A stretch of 64,000 nucleotides of DNA. It comes from Guillardia theta CCMP2712 (Eukaryota; Protista; Cryptophyta). The stretch is from NCBI RefSeq assembly GCF_000315625.1, contig NW_005434578.1, positions 173,045-237,044 on the forward strand, in the 5' to 3' direction. The first letter of the stretch is position 1. Each line of letters starts with the position of its first letter. Both the position numbers and the translations under genes were made by a program. This document shows positions 1-9,939 of this stretch, piece by piece. The notes beneath the pieces were generated by a model, which did not search any database, was not told the origin of the DNA, and saw only the letters and a program-made list of their open reading frames with translations.

Positions 1-37
1 GCATTCGTCCCATCTCGCATTTCCCGCCTGCTCTTCA

Positions 38-200
38 ACTACCTACCCCATGCCAATCGTGTACAACTGTACCCTTACCCACCTTAAAATTTGATAACCC
101 CTGTATTTGCCCATACTTTTTCTGTTGAGACCACGGGTACAAAGGGCAGTGGTAAGGGTTAGAATGCTACAGCTGATCACCCCTACCCCACCACCTTCAT
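38..200. repeat. G/C-skewed (ACCCCTACCCC-type) dispersed repeat module, possible DNA-transposon end
   Basis: CCTACCCC at ~42 and ~182. The same motif occurs as GGGTAGGGG at ~2083, ~4088 and ~4153, and related C-runs occur at 32425-32895, always in AT-richer non-coding DNA. Confidence 0.3.
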
Positions 201-2169
201 GTTTCAAAAACCGAAATGAGCGTGGAGGCATCGGTTTGGGCTGAGGGGTCGGAAGAGGAAGGAAAGGCGGAGAGAGGGACGGCATGTGATAGTTCGGAGG
301 AAGTAGGAGATGCTTGCATGTCAGTCATGGGTCAAAGATTGGCAGAGGAGTTGCTGCTGATCGCGGGACTGAACGTGACTGTGAAAAATTCGAAATCAGG
401 CAATTTCGCAAGTGCAAGGATAGAAGTACTGCAGTTGTTCTATTGTCATTTGTTTGTTTTCTCATCCATGCTTCATGTAGAAACATATCAGAATTGTCCC
501 CGCATGTTCTATCTCAAGGTGAAACGAGGGCGAAGGTGCAAACGCCCTTGGATTGATCAAGCGAACAGGAATAGGGGAGGATGAATGGATTTCAGGACGA
601 TAAAGCAGCACCTAGAATGTACAAGTCTTCTTGAAAACATGCAAATGCAGCATGGGCACACAGGCAGTGGGAAAGGAGGGAGCCATCATTCAGAGTGGAC
701 TGAACTAGAAATTTGAAACTTGAACTGAAGACAAGTTATGCTGTGCATGTTGTTTCATGAGCCTGCATGTGAATGATTTGTACCATGCGATCAACTTGAA
801 GGGAATGACACTTCAGGATGATAGAGACGCTGCTTTGAACCCGTGCATTTGCAAACTCTCATCACTGCTGTGCCCTACCGTCACAGCTTGCATCGCCGTA
901 AGTCAGGGCTAAGGTAGGTATAGAGGTTTTCTAATAATAAAACAGAAGCACAAAGAGAACATGAAGCACATTCTCAAAGGCAAATCTAGCAGAGCCAACC
1001 CCAATGATTCGCTCGTAACTGAAAAAGAAAGAATACACCAGCTGCCAGCTGACCGCCGTCCCAAGCTGCTCACTGCCCGGCTAGCTTTCCTTGGCTCCTT
1101 TCAAGGTTCTCCTCCAAGAAAGAGACACGAGGTTGCAAACCATGCCTGCTGTCGCTATCACCAGCATCGTCTGCATGAGACTCCCGGGACCTGAGCATCC
1201 AGAGGTGAGACATGGTGGTAGCACGGTCATCATATCCAGACCTCTCTTGGGCGACCCCTTGGCTCCTGTGCCGGCAGGAAACGTTTCGAACGCATACAGC
1301 GTGTTGATGAGGAAGATGATCTCTGCCAAAAGGCAGCAGGTGACAGCGCTTCCTCCGACGAACGCTGACAGCACGCATGCAGAGGCCCTCGCGATGTGGG
1401 AAGCACCAAGGATAGCACAAAAATGGCGCAGGAGAAGTTGCCTCTCCTTCGAATCCTCCCATCTGGGCTTGAAGGTGAACCCCATCGTACTGAGATCTGC
1501 AGAACGCATGTAAGGATCCACCAGATCTCACTTGCAACGGTATGCTCTCTCTTCAGGTACTTACTTCCGTCCTCCTTGAACAGGTGCCCGAAGCCAATCT
1601 GCCCAAACACAAAAGCCAAAACGAGCAAGGAGGCTTTAGAGAGAATCAGCGCGATGGTGCGCAAGCCAAACTCCATGTCTCTGTTCGCGTGTGAAAACCA
1701 ACAAGATGACGAAACTGATGATGTTGACGTCGAAGGAAGAATGTGTAAGGAAGATAGACCTTCAAGGCAGTAAGTCAGCACGATCCAGGAGCAATATCAT
1801 GCAGCGACCTTCAGGGCGACCTCTCCTTCATCGTTCCTCTCATCAGCTCCTCGGCGATGCGGCAATCCACGCCTTGGCCATGCTCGGACGAAAACAAGTC
1901 AGTGCCGCCGCCTCGGTGATCAAAGGAAAAACAGGACCCCACCCTCTTTCTGAAACATATTTTGAGAGGTAAGAACCGGTAGTATACCCCTTGAAACCTC
2001 CTTACGGATTTCACGACCCGCCCCAGAGTCGGACAGTAGCGTAAAGTACCCCATATTCCAACCAAAAAGTTGCTTCTCAATGGGGTAGGGGTAAATATCA
2101 AGTCCGCCTCATTAGACAAGACTGGAACTCTCAATTCGAGAGTTCTCAGTAATCATGAATGTGAGTGGG

Positions 2170-3370
2170 CTTCGGTCAGACCGGACCCGGCGTCACACCG
2201 GGGGCGTCACACGGTCGGCCCGGACCGTTCGGACTCCATGATCGGACCGCGGCCCCGGGGCCGCCCGCGGCCGGGACTCAGCGCGGCGGCCCGGGCCGGC
2301 CCGCCGGCCCGGGCCGCTCAGAGAGTCAGCCCGGCCAATACTGAGGAACACAGTGACTGCTGATCTAACTTTTCAGTCACATGATTCAAGTACGGTCACA
2401 GCCTGGTGACACCCCGGATTGCCGTTGAACTCAAGTTGCAGCGCTGGAAATGGATTTTCAGTGACAGTCCTTGGATTTTTTATTCACACACAATTTTGTA
2501 CTGGTCTTTGAATGATCCTGTATCCGAGGCTCAGAGACGGTTTCTTCACTGAGTGGCAAGAAGTTGAGCCCGCCGCGCTCGCCGCTCGAGCCCGTGTACA
2601 GTACGGTCCGGTCACCGTTACCGAGGCGCCCGGCGGCCCGTACCGTACCGACGGACATCCGAGAATCAGTTCGATGATGGCATCATATGCCAGCCATACT
2701 ATCGGACTAGTCAAGTCCTTCCGTTCGTGACACTCGGACCGGGCAGAGCCTGAACTTAAGAGCACCGTGACTCGCGGGGCCGTACTACTAGTACCGTCAT
2801 GATCGGATCCTTACTACGGTAGTATCATATCATCCGTCAACCGGGGCGGCCCGGCTTGCAGTGGCAAGCATGGTGTACCCCGGTCACTGAGTTCAGTGCC
2901 GCAGGCACTATGGAAGAGCCAGTGCGTCTGCCATCTTTTCAAGCCAGGCTGAGGGCCGCTGATTTAATGAGTTGTACGATTAAGAAATTGCTGAGCCTGA
3001 ATCATTGAACTTGCGAGCCTTATGTGATGGTTCCCGTTTTGCTACCTTTCAGTCACACCCGCCGCCTTTCACAGACGCCGCGCAGCATCACTGGCCCTAA
3101 CTGATAAATAACTTCACACTTTCCTCCTCAATCATGCCTATGATCAGCAGTTTCTCTACGCGAGAGGGCCCGGGCATCATCCCGGTCCATCGGTTGACCC
3201 TCAGGCACACAAGGCTGGCCGGGGCAATCGGACGCGCGGCCCAAGCCTCGCCGCAGGGCAGGCTTGGCCATCATACTAGACTAGTCTAGGCCCTGAGGGC
3301 GGCTGTTCTCTGAGCGGCTACCGACTGGCACAGTCGCAAAGCGGCAGTGACCGTTCAGTGGCCGCAGACT
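2170..3370. other. GC-rich palindrome/micro-duplication island 1
   Basis: Dense CCGG/GGCC/GTAC/GTCAC/CTAG words; CCGTACCGTACCG at 2638-2650; perfect 14-bp palindrome CTAGACTAGTCTAG at 3276-3289; no credible ORF. Confidence 0.6.
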
Positions 3371-3999
3371 GGCATAGCAACTTGTTTATTTCATGACGTT
3401 CGCCACAATGATATCGACTAAATCGCTAACCGTGAACAATCCGTCCAAGTCACCGACCGTACTGAAAGCTCGTACGACGGTAGGCGGCCGGTTCTGCATC
3501 TACTCGAACATGGACTTGGCCAACCTCTCCATGTACACCAAAGACGGCATGATCAACGATGCAATCGTCCACCGATTCACCGTTTGCAATCACCGTTGTA
3601 GACGCTGGCGAGGCTGCTCGGACTCCAGAGTTGCAGCTTTCACCACTGCAAGGCAATTCAAAGGCTGTGGACAGCGCGAACGCAGGCCGGGGTGTAGTAA
3701 CAGATACATTACATGTGGCCCGTACCCGAGGACTCCGAAAGACTTTCGGATCCCAGGGCTACTCCCAGCATTGCATGAGTCTGATAGCTTCGTTGCGTTG
3801 CTTGAAGGCTCTGCAAAGTCTGCCCAGTCCAGGGTCCGTCCGTTGGGTACGCACACACCATTTGCATTCACCTCGCACAAATGCTGCCGCACAGGAAAGA
3901 GCGCGTACACGATCAGGTCTTGTTCTATGGAGCCACAGCCTCTAATGAGAGGATCGTTGTACTGTGTATTGCATTTGAAATTCATCGAGATTGGTATTT

Positions 4000-4190
4000 G
4001 AAGATTTCGGGGACACAAATTGCAGACCTTGATTTTTGCCGTTTTCTTGATTTTCGGCAAGTTTTCTTAGGGTTAGGGAAATTAATAGGGTAGGGGTCCA
4101 TCGCTCTTTGATTTGTCCCGGTTGCTTCAAAGCACAAAGCAGTCAAAATATAGGGTAGGGGTATTTGGAGATGTGGTGGGGGTCTATTTA
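4000..4190. repeat. G-run-rich repeat module (GGGTAGGGG x2, ending GGGGGTCTATTTA), possible transposon terminus
   Basis: The reverse complement of its end (TAAATAGACCCCC) resembles TAAAGTAGACCCCC at 32421. Confidence 0.3.
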
Positions 4191-4680
4191 CTGCCGAACA
4201 ATGGCGCGCGGTAGTCGCAGGAAAGCTGATGATGAGGATGTAGCTTGATATTTTAACATGTTTCTTGCACTTGAATCACAACCAAGATCATTCTAAAAGT
4301 ATATGACTCACGAGAAAGTTGTAACATCATGAGTTATTCATCATGTTGTAATATGAAAATGTGATTTGGTCGCCTCGCCAAAGTCATGAACCCTAAACCC
4401 AAAGATGGCAATGGAAGCATGTTGAGTGTGTTGAACACTTCATTCGATTGCATTTTCATACTATGAACATATTGCAAGCATGTCGAAGTTCATCAAACAG
4501 ATTCAACAGTTCTTTTTGTCATCGGTAATCATTGTCGATTCGTACTGCATTTTCATCTCTACATTCTGAATGCGATGAAAGATCATTCAAGTGCACTAAT
4601 CCCCACCTGAACCGATGTTTTACACTCTGTTGAACCTGTCCAAGTCAGAGATAGTTGAGTGTAGGCTTATTACACAACGA

Positions 4681-4748
4681 CAAATGGACTTTTTATACAG
4701 TTTTTCTGCTTGTCAAATGGACTTTTTATACAGTTTTTCTGCTTGTCA
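4681..4748. repeat. 33-bp perfect tandem duplication
   Basis: CAAATGGACTTTTTATACAGTTTTTCTGCTTGT occurs twice in tandem. Confidence 0.9.
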
Positions 4749-5269
4749 CTCGGGCAGCACATGACAATGGACGTTAGCTTCATCTTGCTACCATTCTGCA
4801 TGGTTGTTTCTCGACCACAGTATGATTCTCCATGACTGGCATTTCCATTTTTGACGAAAGAAATTTGCCATCAAGCACTCCTCTCGTTTTGAGGACAATG
4901 TTCTGCAGTCACATAGTGAACTAGAACAGTCAATGCTGCATTTACTAGAACACAACATGCACAACAGAATACTGCCGCCGTTGTTGGCTTGTACATAGAA
5001 AGCCTTCTCCTGCTATTGCAACTGGGGGGGATATAGGAGCAGAGCAATTGGTCTAGTGTGACCAAAGAACCTCTGTGTTGGTTGTGTTGCTTCCTAAATG
5101 AAGTTGATATCAAACTAAGTTGCTTGGCAACTATGCGTTATCCAGCCGAGGTCGTTTAAGCATGTGCTTGGTTTGGTTGCAACCTGTGCACCTTCCATTA
5201 CACGATGCAAACCCATCACGTCAGGCATCAAGCGACTCACCTGGCAACTTCCTCATCAATGTCGCCGGT

Positions 5270-8200
5270 CTACCGTCGCGTTCTGGGATCCATACCAAAC
5301 ACCTGCGCTTCGATCGCTTCATTGCCGCGGGTCCACCCGTACCTTGCAAGAATGCCTTTATTTTCCACATTCTTCACGCTGAAGCTGTTGAGAATCTCCT
5401 CGGGAACGACAAACACTATCTCCACCTTCCAGCCTTCCTCCTTCCCAATGCCCAAAAGTTGCAGGCACTTTGCCATGTATCGCAGTTTGAGGTCATGCGA
5501 CTGCCTAGTCGTTACCTGCACAAAGCGCACAAATTTTTCACTCCAGTCAACAATCACTGCATCGTAGCCCCCCTGATTCCATTTCAATGGCTTCAGGCAC
5601 ACCCTTGCTACTTTTGTCTTTTCCTGCAGCTTATGGATTTGCATAGCTTCCAGCCTTATCACGTTACATCTTTTCCAATCGTCGACTGTCACGGACCTCG
5701 TGGTAAGCTGCAGCCCTGCCCCTCGTATCCGAGCAAAGAACAGCATCTCAAACAACCAACCCCGAAGTGTCGGATTCCCAGTTGCGTCAACGAGTTCTTC
5801 AATCTTCCTCACAAACGTTTCTCCAAGCCTCTGTGCTAGCTCCATGGAAACAAACCTGCTGACAAGCGTCCAGTGCACCTCGTCTCCGACACGATACTTC
5901 CCATGCAGGCGATTCACAGCATTGTTTGCACGCTCTCCCATCCCCATGTCAAACAGGGACGCAAAATCAGGAACAGCCTCTATCCCGTCACGGAGTTCTT
6001 GGATCGCTTCATCTGTCCTACGTTCAAACATATATCGGCATGAGCCTCCTACAATCTGATACTTTGACTCGATTTCTCTCGACCTTCTCTCTTGTTCTGT
6101 CTCATCCATGCTTCCCTCGCCTTCATCCATGCTTCCCTCTTCTTCATCCAAGCTCCATTTCATCACATCAGCCACACTCTTATAGAACGCGTCGTACCTA
6201 CAGGCTTCCAGATACTCTTCCATTGTCCACGAATACACCATCATTTCTTCGACCTTCTCATTCGCATCTTGCTCGGAACTCTTCTTTGCTCGAGAGCTCA
6301 TCGACGTTGTGATAACAAGCCGCCGATTCTCCAGTTCACGATGAACCCAATACAGGCAAGCACTCAGCACAAATCCATGTGCTTGCTCCCCCTGTCGGTA
6401 ACCATCTATAGACACCAAAGTCTTCTTCCCGCTCGGTGCCCGTTCTCTGAGAAATTTCGGTATCCAAGCCCCCGCATTGTCGGCAGGCATCTCACATTTT
6501 CTCAATACGCCATCATCAACCTGTAAGAATTCGACAATTCCCCACTTCCACAGCCGAAAGCATATCACCCTCCATCCCTCCTCCATGCCTCGCGATTGCA
6601 TGAAGGACATCGTCGTCGTCGTCTTCCCCGTCCCCGGAGGCCCTAGAATCCAACCCAGACACCCCGCCTTGCACACCCGGTCGTCAAGGAAACGCCACTG
6701 CTCATTGAAGGAATCTCGGCAGTACAGCACACGCACCCCTGCTTGTGACGAGCTGATTGGATCAAACAGCGATCGATCGAGAAAGAAGAGTTTGTTCGCC
6801 TCCCTGTGCCCCACCAGATCACGACTCAAGGTTTTTTCTGTCCAAATTGCGCTTTCTGCCTCTTCCTCCCGGACCTCGGCCCTGTGTTTGTCAAGCACGA
6901 GCTCCTTCCTCTCAAGCTGACTGGTCAGCCGTTGCTTTTCTGCCGGGTCTTGGCACATCTCGATCTTGTGCTCGAGCTCCTTCTTCTCGAGCGTGAGCTT
7001 GTGCTCGAGCTCCTTCCTCTCGAGCTTGACCGTGTGCTCGAGCTCCTTCCTCTCAAGCTGACTGGTCAGCCGTTGCTTTTCTGCCGGGTCTTGGCACATC
7101 TCGATCTTGTGCTCGAGCTCCTTCCTCTCGAGCGTGAGCTTGTGCTCGAGCTCCTTCCTCTCGAGCTGACTGGTCAGCCGTTGCTTGTCTACCGGGTCTT
7201 GGCACATCTCGATCTTGTGCTCGAGCTCCTTCCTCTCGAGCTTGACCGTGTGCTCGAGCTCCTTCCTCTCAAGCTGACTGGTCAGCCGTTGCTTTTCTGC
7301 CGGGTCTTGGCACATCTCGATCTTGTGCTCGAGCTCCTTCCTCTCAAGCTGACTGGTCAGCCGTTGCTTTTCTGCCGGGTCTTGGCACATCTCGATCTTG
7401 TGCTCGAGCTCCTTCCTCTCGAGCGTGAGCTTGTGCTCGAGCTCCTTCCTCTCGAGCTTGACCGTGTGCTCGAGCTCCTTCCTCTCAAGCTGACTGGTCA
7501 GCCGTTGCTTGTCTACCGGGTCTTGGCACATCTCGATCTTGTGCTCGAGCTCCTTCCTCTCGAGCGTGAGCTTGTGCTCGAGCTCCTTCCTCTCAAGCTG
7601 ACTGGTCAGCCGTTGCTTTTCTGCCGGGTCTTGGCACATCTCGATCTTGTGCTCGAGCTCCTTCCTCTCGAGCTTGACCGTGTGCTCGAGCTCCTTCCTC
7701 TCAAGCTGACTGGTCAGCCGTTGCTTGTCTACCGGGTCTTGGCACATCTCGATCTTGTGCTCGAGCTCCTTCCTCTCGAGCGTGAGCTTGTGCTCGAGCT
7801 CCTTCCTCTCAAGCTGACTGGTCAGCCGTTGCTTTTCTGCCGGGTCTTGGCACATCTCGATCCGGCGCTGGATTTGTGAGATAGATTCCACCAGTATGCT
7901 CATTTCGTCTGTCTTGCTCTCCTCTTTCTCTTCATCTCGCCTGTATTGCTGTCTTGTTCCTTTTGGTCTTGCTTTCTCCTTTGACTTTTCATCCTGTCTG
8001 TCTTGCTGCATTGCTCTGCTTTTTCTTGCTCTCTTACTTTTGATCTTGTCGCGCTGCTTTTTCAATGTTGCGGTCTGGAAGACACAGTGAGAGGAACGCA
8101 GGAGAGTCAGGTTGTGAACAAAAGCATCAGGATTTGGGCATAAGCATGAGGAAGATGGGAAAGGAAATGAGAGTGGAGAAAGCAACGGTGACAGAAGAAA

Positions 8201-8479
8201 CAGTGGAGTTGCAACGGTAAAGCGCGCAAGGCAGTAAACCAAGAAATTGACAAGTGAATTACAGAAAACTACACTCACAGAGTTCAATTCAACTTTCTTC
8301 TCTGCCTCGTCCTCTCCGCCTTTCAAGCGTAGAGATAGAGGAGATCCAGTGCCTTGGCGCGACTTACGGCTCTTGAGCTTAGCATACTTTCCTGTCTCAA
8401 CGGATCGAAGCGCAGATTCGAAGGATAGGAAGAGCTGGAGGATGAGCAAAATTTCCAGAAAAAAATTCAATCCCCTCAT
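5270..8479 (-). CDS. Crinkler (CRN/CR)-family effector-like protein: signal peptide, LRLKGG motif, coiled-coil repeat array, P-loop NTPase, C-terminal restriction-endonuclease-like domain; one probable in-frame intron at 8075-8278
   Basis: NTPase motifs: LYCR...GWILGPPGTGKT (Walker A), LVSIDG (Walker B), WTMEEY, VGGSCRYMF. REase-like motifs: GWLFEMLFF...KPLKWNQGGYDAVIVD...FVQVT...H. These match my recollection of oomycete CRN C-terminal regions. Hydrophobic N-terminus. A 204-nt GTGAGT...TTCCAG segment is a multiple of 3 and reads through in the ORF track. Confidence 0.85.
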   Translation of the reverse strand: MRGLNFFLEILLILQLFLSFESALRSVETGKYAKLKSRKSRQGTGSPLSLRLKGGEDEAEKKVELNSVSVVFCNSLVNFLVYCLARFTVATPLFLLSPLLSPLSFPFPSSSCLCPNPDAFVHNLTLLRSSHCVFQTATLKKQRDKIKSKRARKSRAMQQDRQDEKSKEKARPKGTRQQYRRDEEKEESKTDEMSILVESISQIQRRIEMCQDPAEKQRLTSQLERKELEHKLTLERKELEHKIEMCQDPVDKQRLTSQLERKELEHTVKLERKELEHKIEMCQDPAEKQRLTSQLERKELEHKLTLERKELEHKIEMCQDPVDKQRLTSQLERKELEHTVKLERKELEHKLTLERKELEHKIEMCQDPAEKQRLTSQLERKELEHKIEMCQDPAEKQRLTSQLERKELEHTVKLERKELEHKIEMCQDPVDKQRLTSQLERKELEHKLTLERKELEHKIEMCQDPAEKQRLTSQLERKELEHTVKLERKELEHKLTLEKKELEHKIEMCQDPAEKQRLTSQLERKELVLDKHRAEVREEEAESAIWTEKTLSRDLVGHREANKLFFLDRSLFDPISSSQAGVRVLYCRDSFNEQWRFLDDRVCKAGCLGWILGPPGTGKTTTTMSFMQSRGMEEGWRVICFRLWKWGIVEFLQVDDGVLRKCEMPADNAGAWIPKFLRERAPSGKKTLVSIDGYRQGEQAHGFVLSACLYWVHRELENRRLVITTSMSSRAKKSSEQDANEKVEEMMVYSWTMEEYLEACRYDAFYKSVADVMKWSLDEEEGSMDEGEGSMDETEQERRSREIESKYQIVGGSCRYMFERRTDEAIQELRDGIEAVPDFASLFDMGMGERANNAVNRLHGKYRVGDEVHWTLVSRFVSMELAQRLGETFVRKIEELVDATGNPTLRGWLFEMLFFARIRGAGLQLTTRSVTVDDWKRCNVIRLEAMQIHKLQEKTKVARVCLKPLKWNQGGYDAVIVDWSEKFVRFVQVTTRQSHDLKLRYMAKCLQLLGIGKEEGWKVEIVFVVPEEILNSFSVKNVENKGILARYGWTRGNEAIEAQVFGMDPRTRR
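6898..7862 (-). repeat. Intragenic modular tandem array (33-bp and 75-bp units)
   Basis: Constant LERKELEH block followed by KLT, TVK or KIEMCQDP(AE/VD)KQRLTSQ; 9 CQDP units, near-identical at DNA level. Confidence 0.95.
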
Positions 8480-9475
8480 AATGGACAGTAGAAGTGCTGA
8501 AGTTCAAATCAATGTCTCTTGATGCCACGAGTATAGCTGAGAGAAATGCGAACGCGAATCAGATTATTTGGATATCTTTCAAGCCTGCAAGCAGATAAAT
8601 TGTCATGGGCAACAGGAGATGGTTCTGTTTAAGTTCATAATTGTGGAGTGGACCAGTTCGAACTTCACATCTCCCATCACCCTCTACCACAGCTCTACCT
8701 CACAAAAGTCAAAAGTTATTTTTTTTCTGCACACCTACTCGTACCACTTGGAATCAATCTTCATCTTTATCAAGTTCAATGTTGGTGCTACTTGAAGACT
8801 TCACGTTATCATATCCCCTTCTCTTTATCGGTACAAAGTTATTGTCCTTCCTTATCCCACTTCGCAGTTCAACTCAGTCCTCTCGTTTCCTAAGGAAATT
8901 GTCCTTTATTTCTGAGGCGTGTTCACTCGCTTCCACCTGATCTCCACTTCACTCATCGGTGCGATGCACATTTTCCTTTGCTTTCCACTTCCCTTCACTT
9001 TCCTTCGCTTTCCATTTCTCATCCTCACCTCACCTCTTGACACTCTGTTTCTGCTTTGACATGGCTTGTTGTGATTGATCTCTTCATCTTGGTTACTCTC
9101 TAGGCCGGCGGGAGACTCTGGCAGCGGCTCAGATAACCCCACCTCTGCAGCTCAGAGGAAGGGGTACTCTGCCCCCTTCCTCCCATATATCGCTCGACCT
9201 CTCCTCTCTCCTCTCTCCCTCTCCCTCCCTCCCTCTCGACTGCTCACTCTCTCTCCACCTCTTTCATTTATCTGGCTGTTTAAGGTTTATATGCAGAGGT
9301 TTATTAAGTCTTCCAAGGGGGCTGTATGAGGGCTCGAAAAGGGACCACAAATCAGATACTGAAAATCTGCAAGAGAATTTTAATATTATGTTTTACAATT
9401 CAATAATGTTTGCTCCGGTTCGGTTTTCTTTCCTCAGTCAGTAAACAGCTGCATAACCGTTGAACTGTAAAACAG

Positions 9476-9541
9476 GGTGTGGATGCTGGTTGGGTGCTGG
9501 TTGGGTGCTGGTTGGGTGCTGGTTGGATGTTGATTGGGTGT
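9476..9541. repeat. 11-bp minisatellite (GGGTGCTGGTT)n
   Basis: About 5-6 copies, degenerate at the edges. Confidence 0.8.
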
Positions 9542-9939
9542 TTATTGGTGATTCAATGAAGTAGAATAACTCTCTCCTCCGTACCTGGTTTCCTTCCTTC
9601 CTTCCTTCCTTCTTTGCTCAGTTTTCCCGGGTTCCGATTCCTTCGTTCCTCCTGGCTTCCTCCCCTTCACTGATCCATATGCCTGCCATCAGCCGCTGCG
9701 CCGCCTCCGCGAAGTCATCGGGCATGGGGACCTTTTCTGGCGCATTGAATGACTACCACCGTAAGTGCTCAGGTGCCGGGTGCTGTTTGACCACGCGTTC
9801 GAATCCTAAGGGCAATCGAAATCGGATTGCTTTTCAGCGTCCGATCAATTCCACTACCAGAATGCCCAAGACTTTTATGATTCTCGCCCACTCCTGAAAC
9901 CCGACTACCTACCCTGACTTCATCTCTTGTGAAACTTGA

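Noticed and set aside
961-1850. Several overlapping 120-180 aa ORFs with intron-like signals
   Set aside because: No recognisable domain, and I could not build a coherent gene model.
3393-4060. Overlapping ORFs on both strands (202 aa +, 156 aa -), one with a faint helicase-like 'FCIYSN...DAIVHRF'
   Set aside because: No Walker motifs and no consistent splice model; strand and product cannot be assigned.
4067-4078. TTAGGGTTAGGG telomere-like motif (also CCCTAAACCC at ~4391)
   Set aside because: Only two units, too short to call an interstitial telomere.
6898-7862. Repeat-spacer appearance resembling a CRISPR array
   Set aside because: The 'spacers' are themselves repeated and in-frame coding; there are no cas genes and the context is eukaryotic.
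8520-9000. Minus-strand coding-like sequence upstream of the CRN gene (similar remnant at 56950-57120)
   Set aside because: In-frame stops and no identifiable family; at most decayed fragments.
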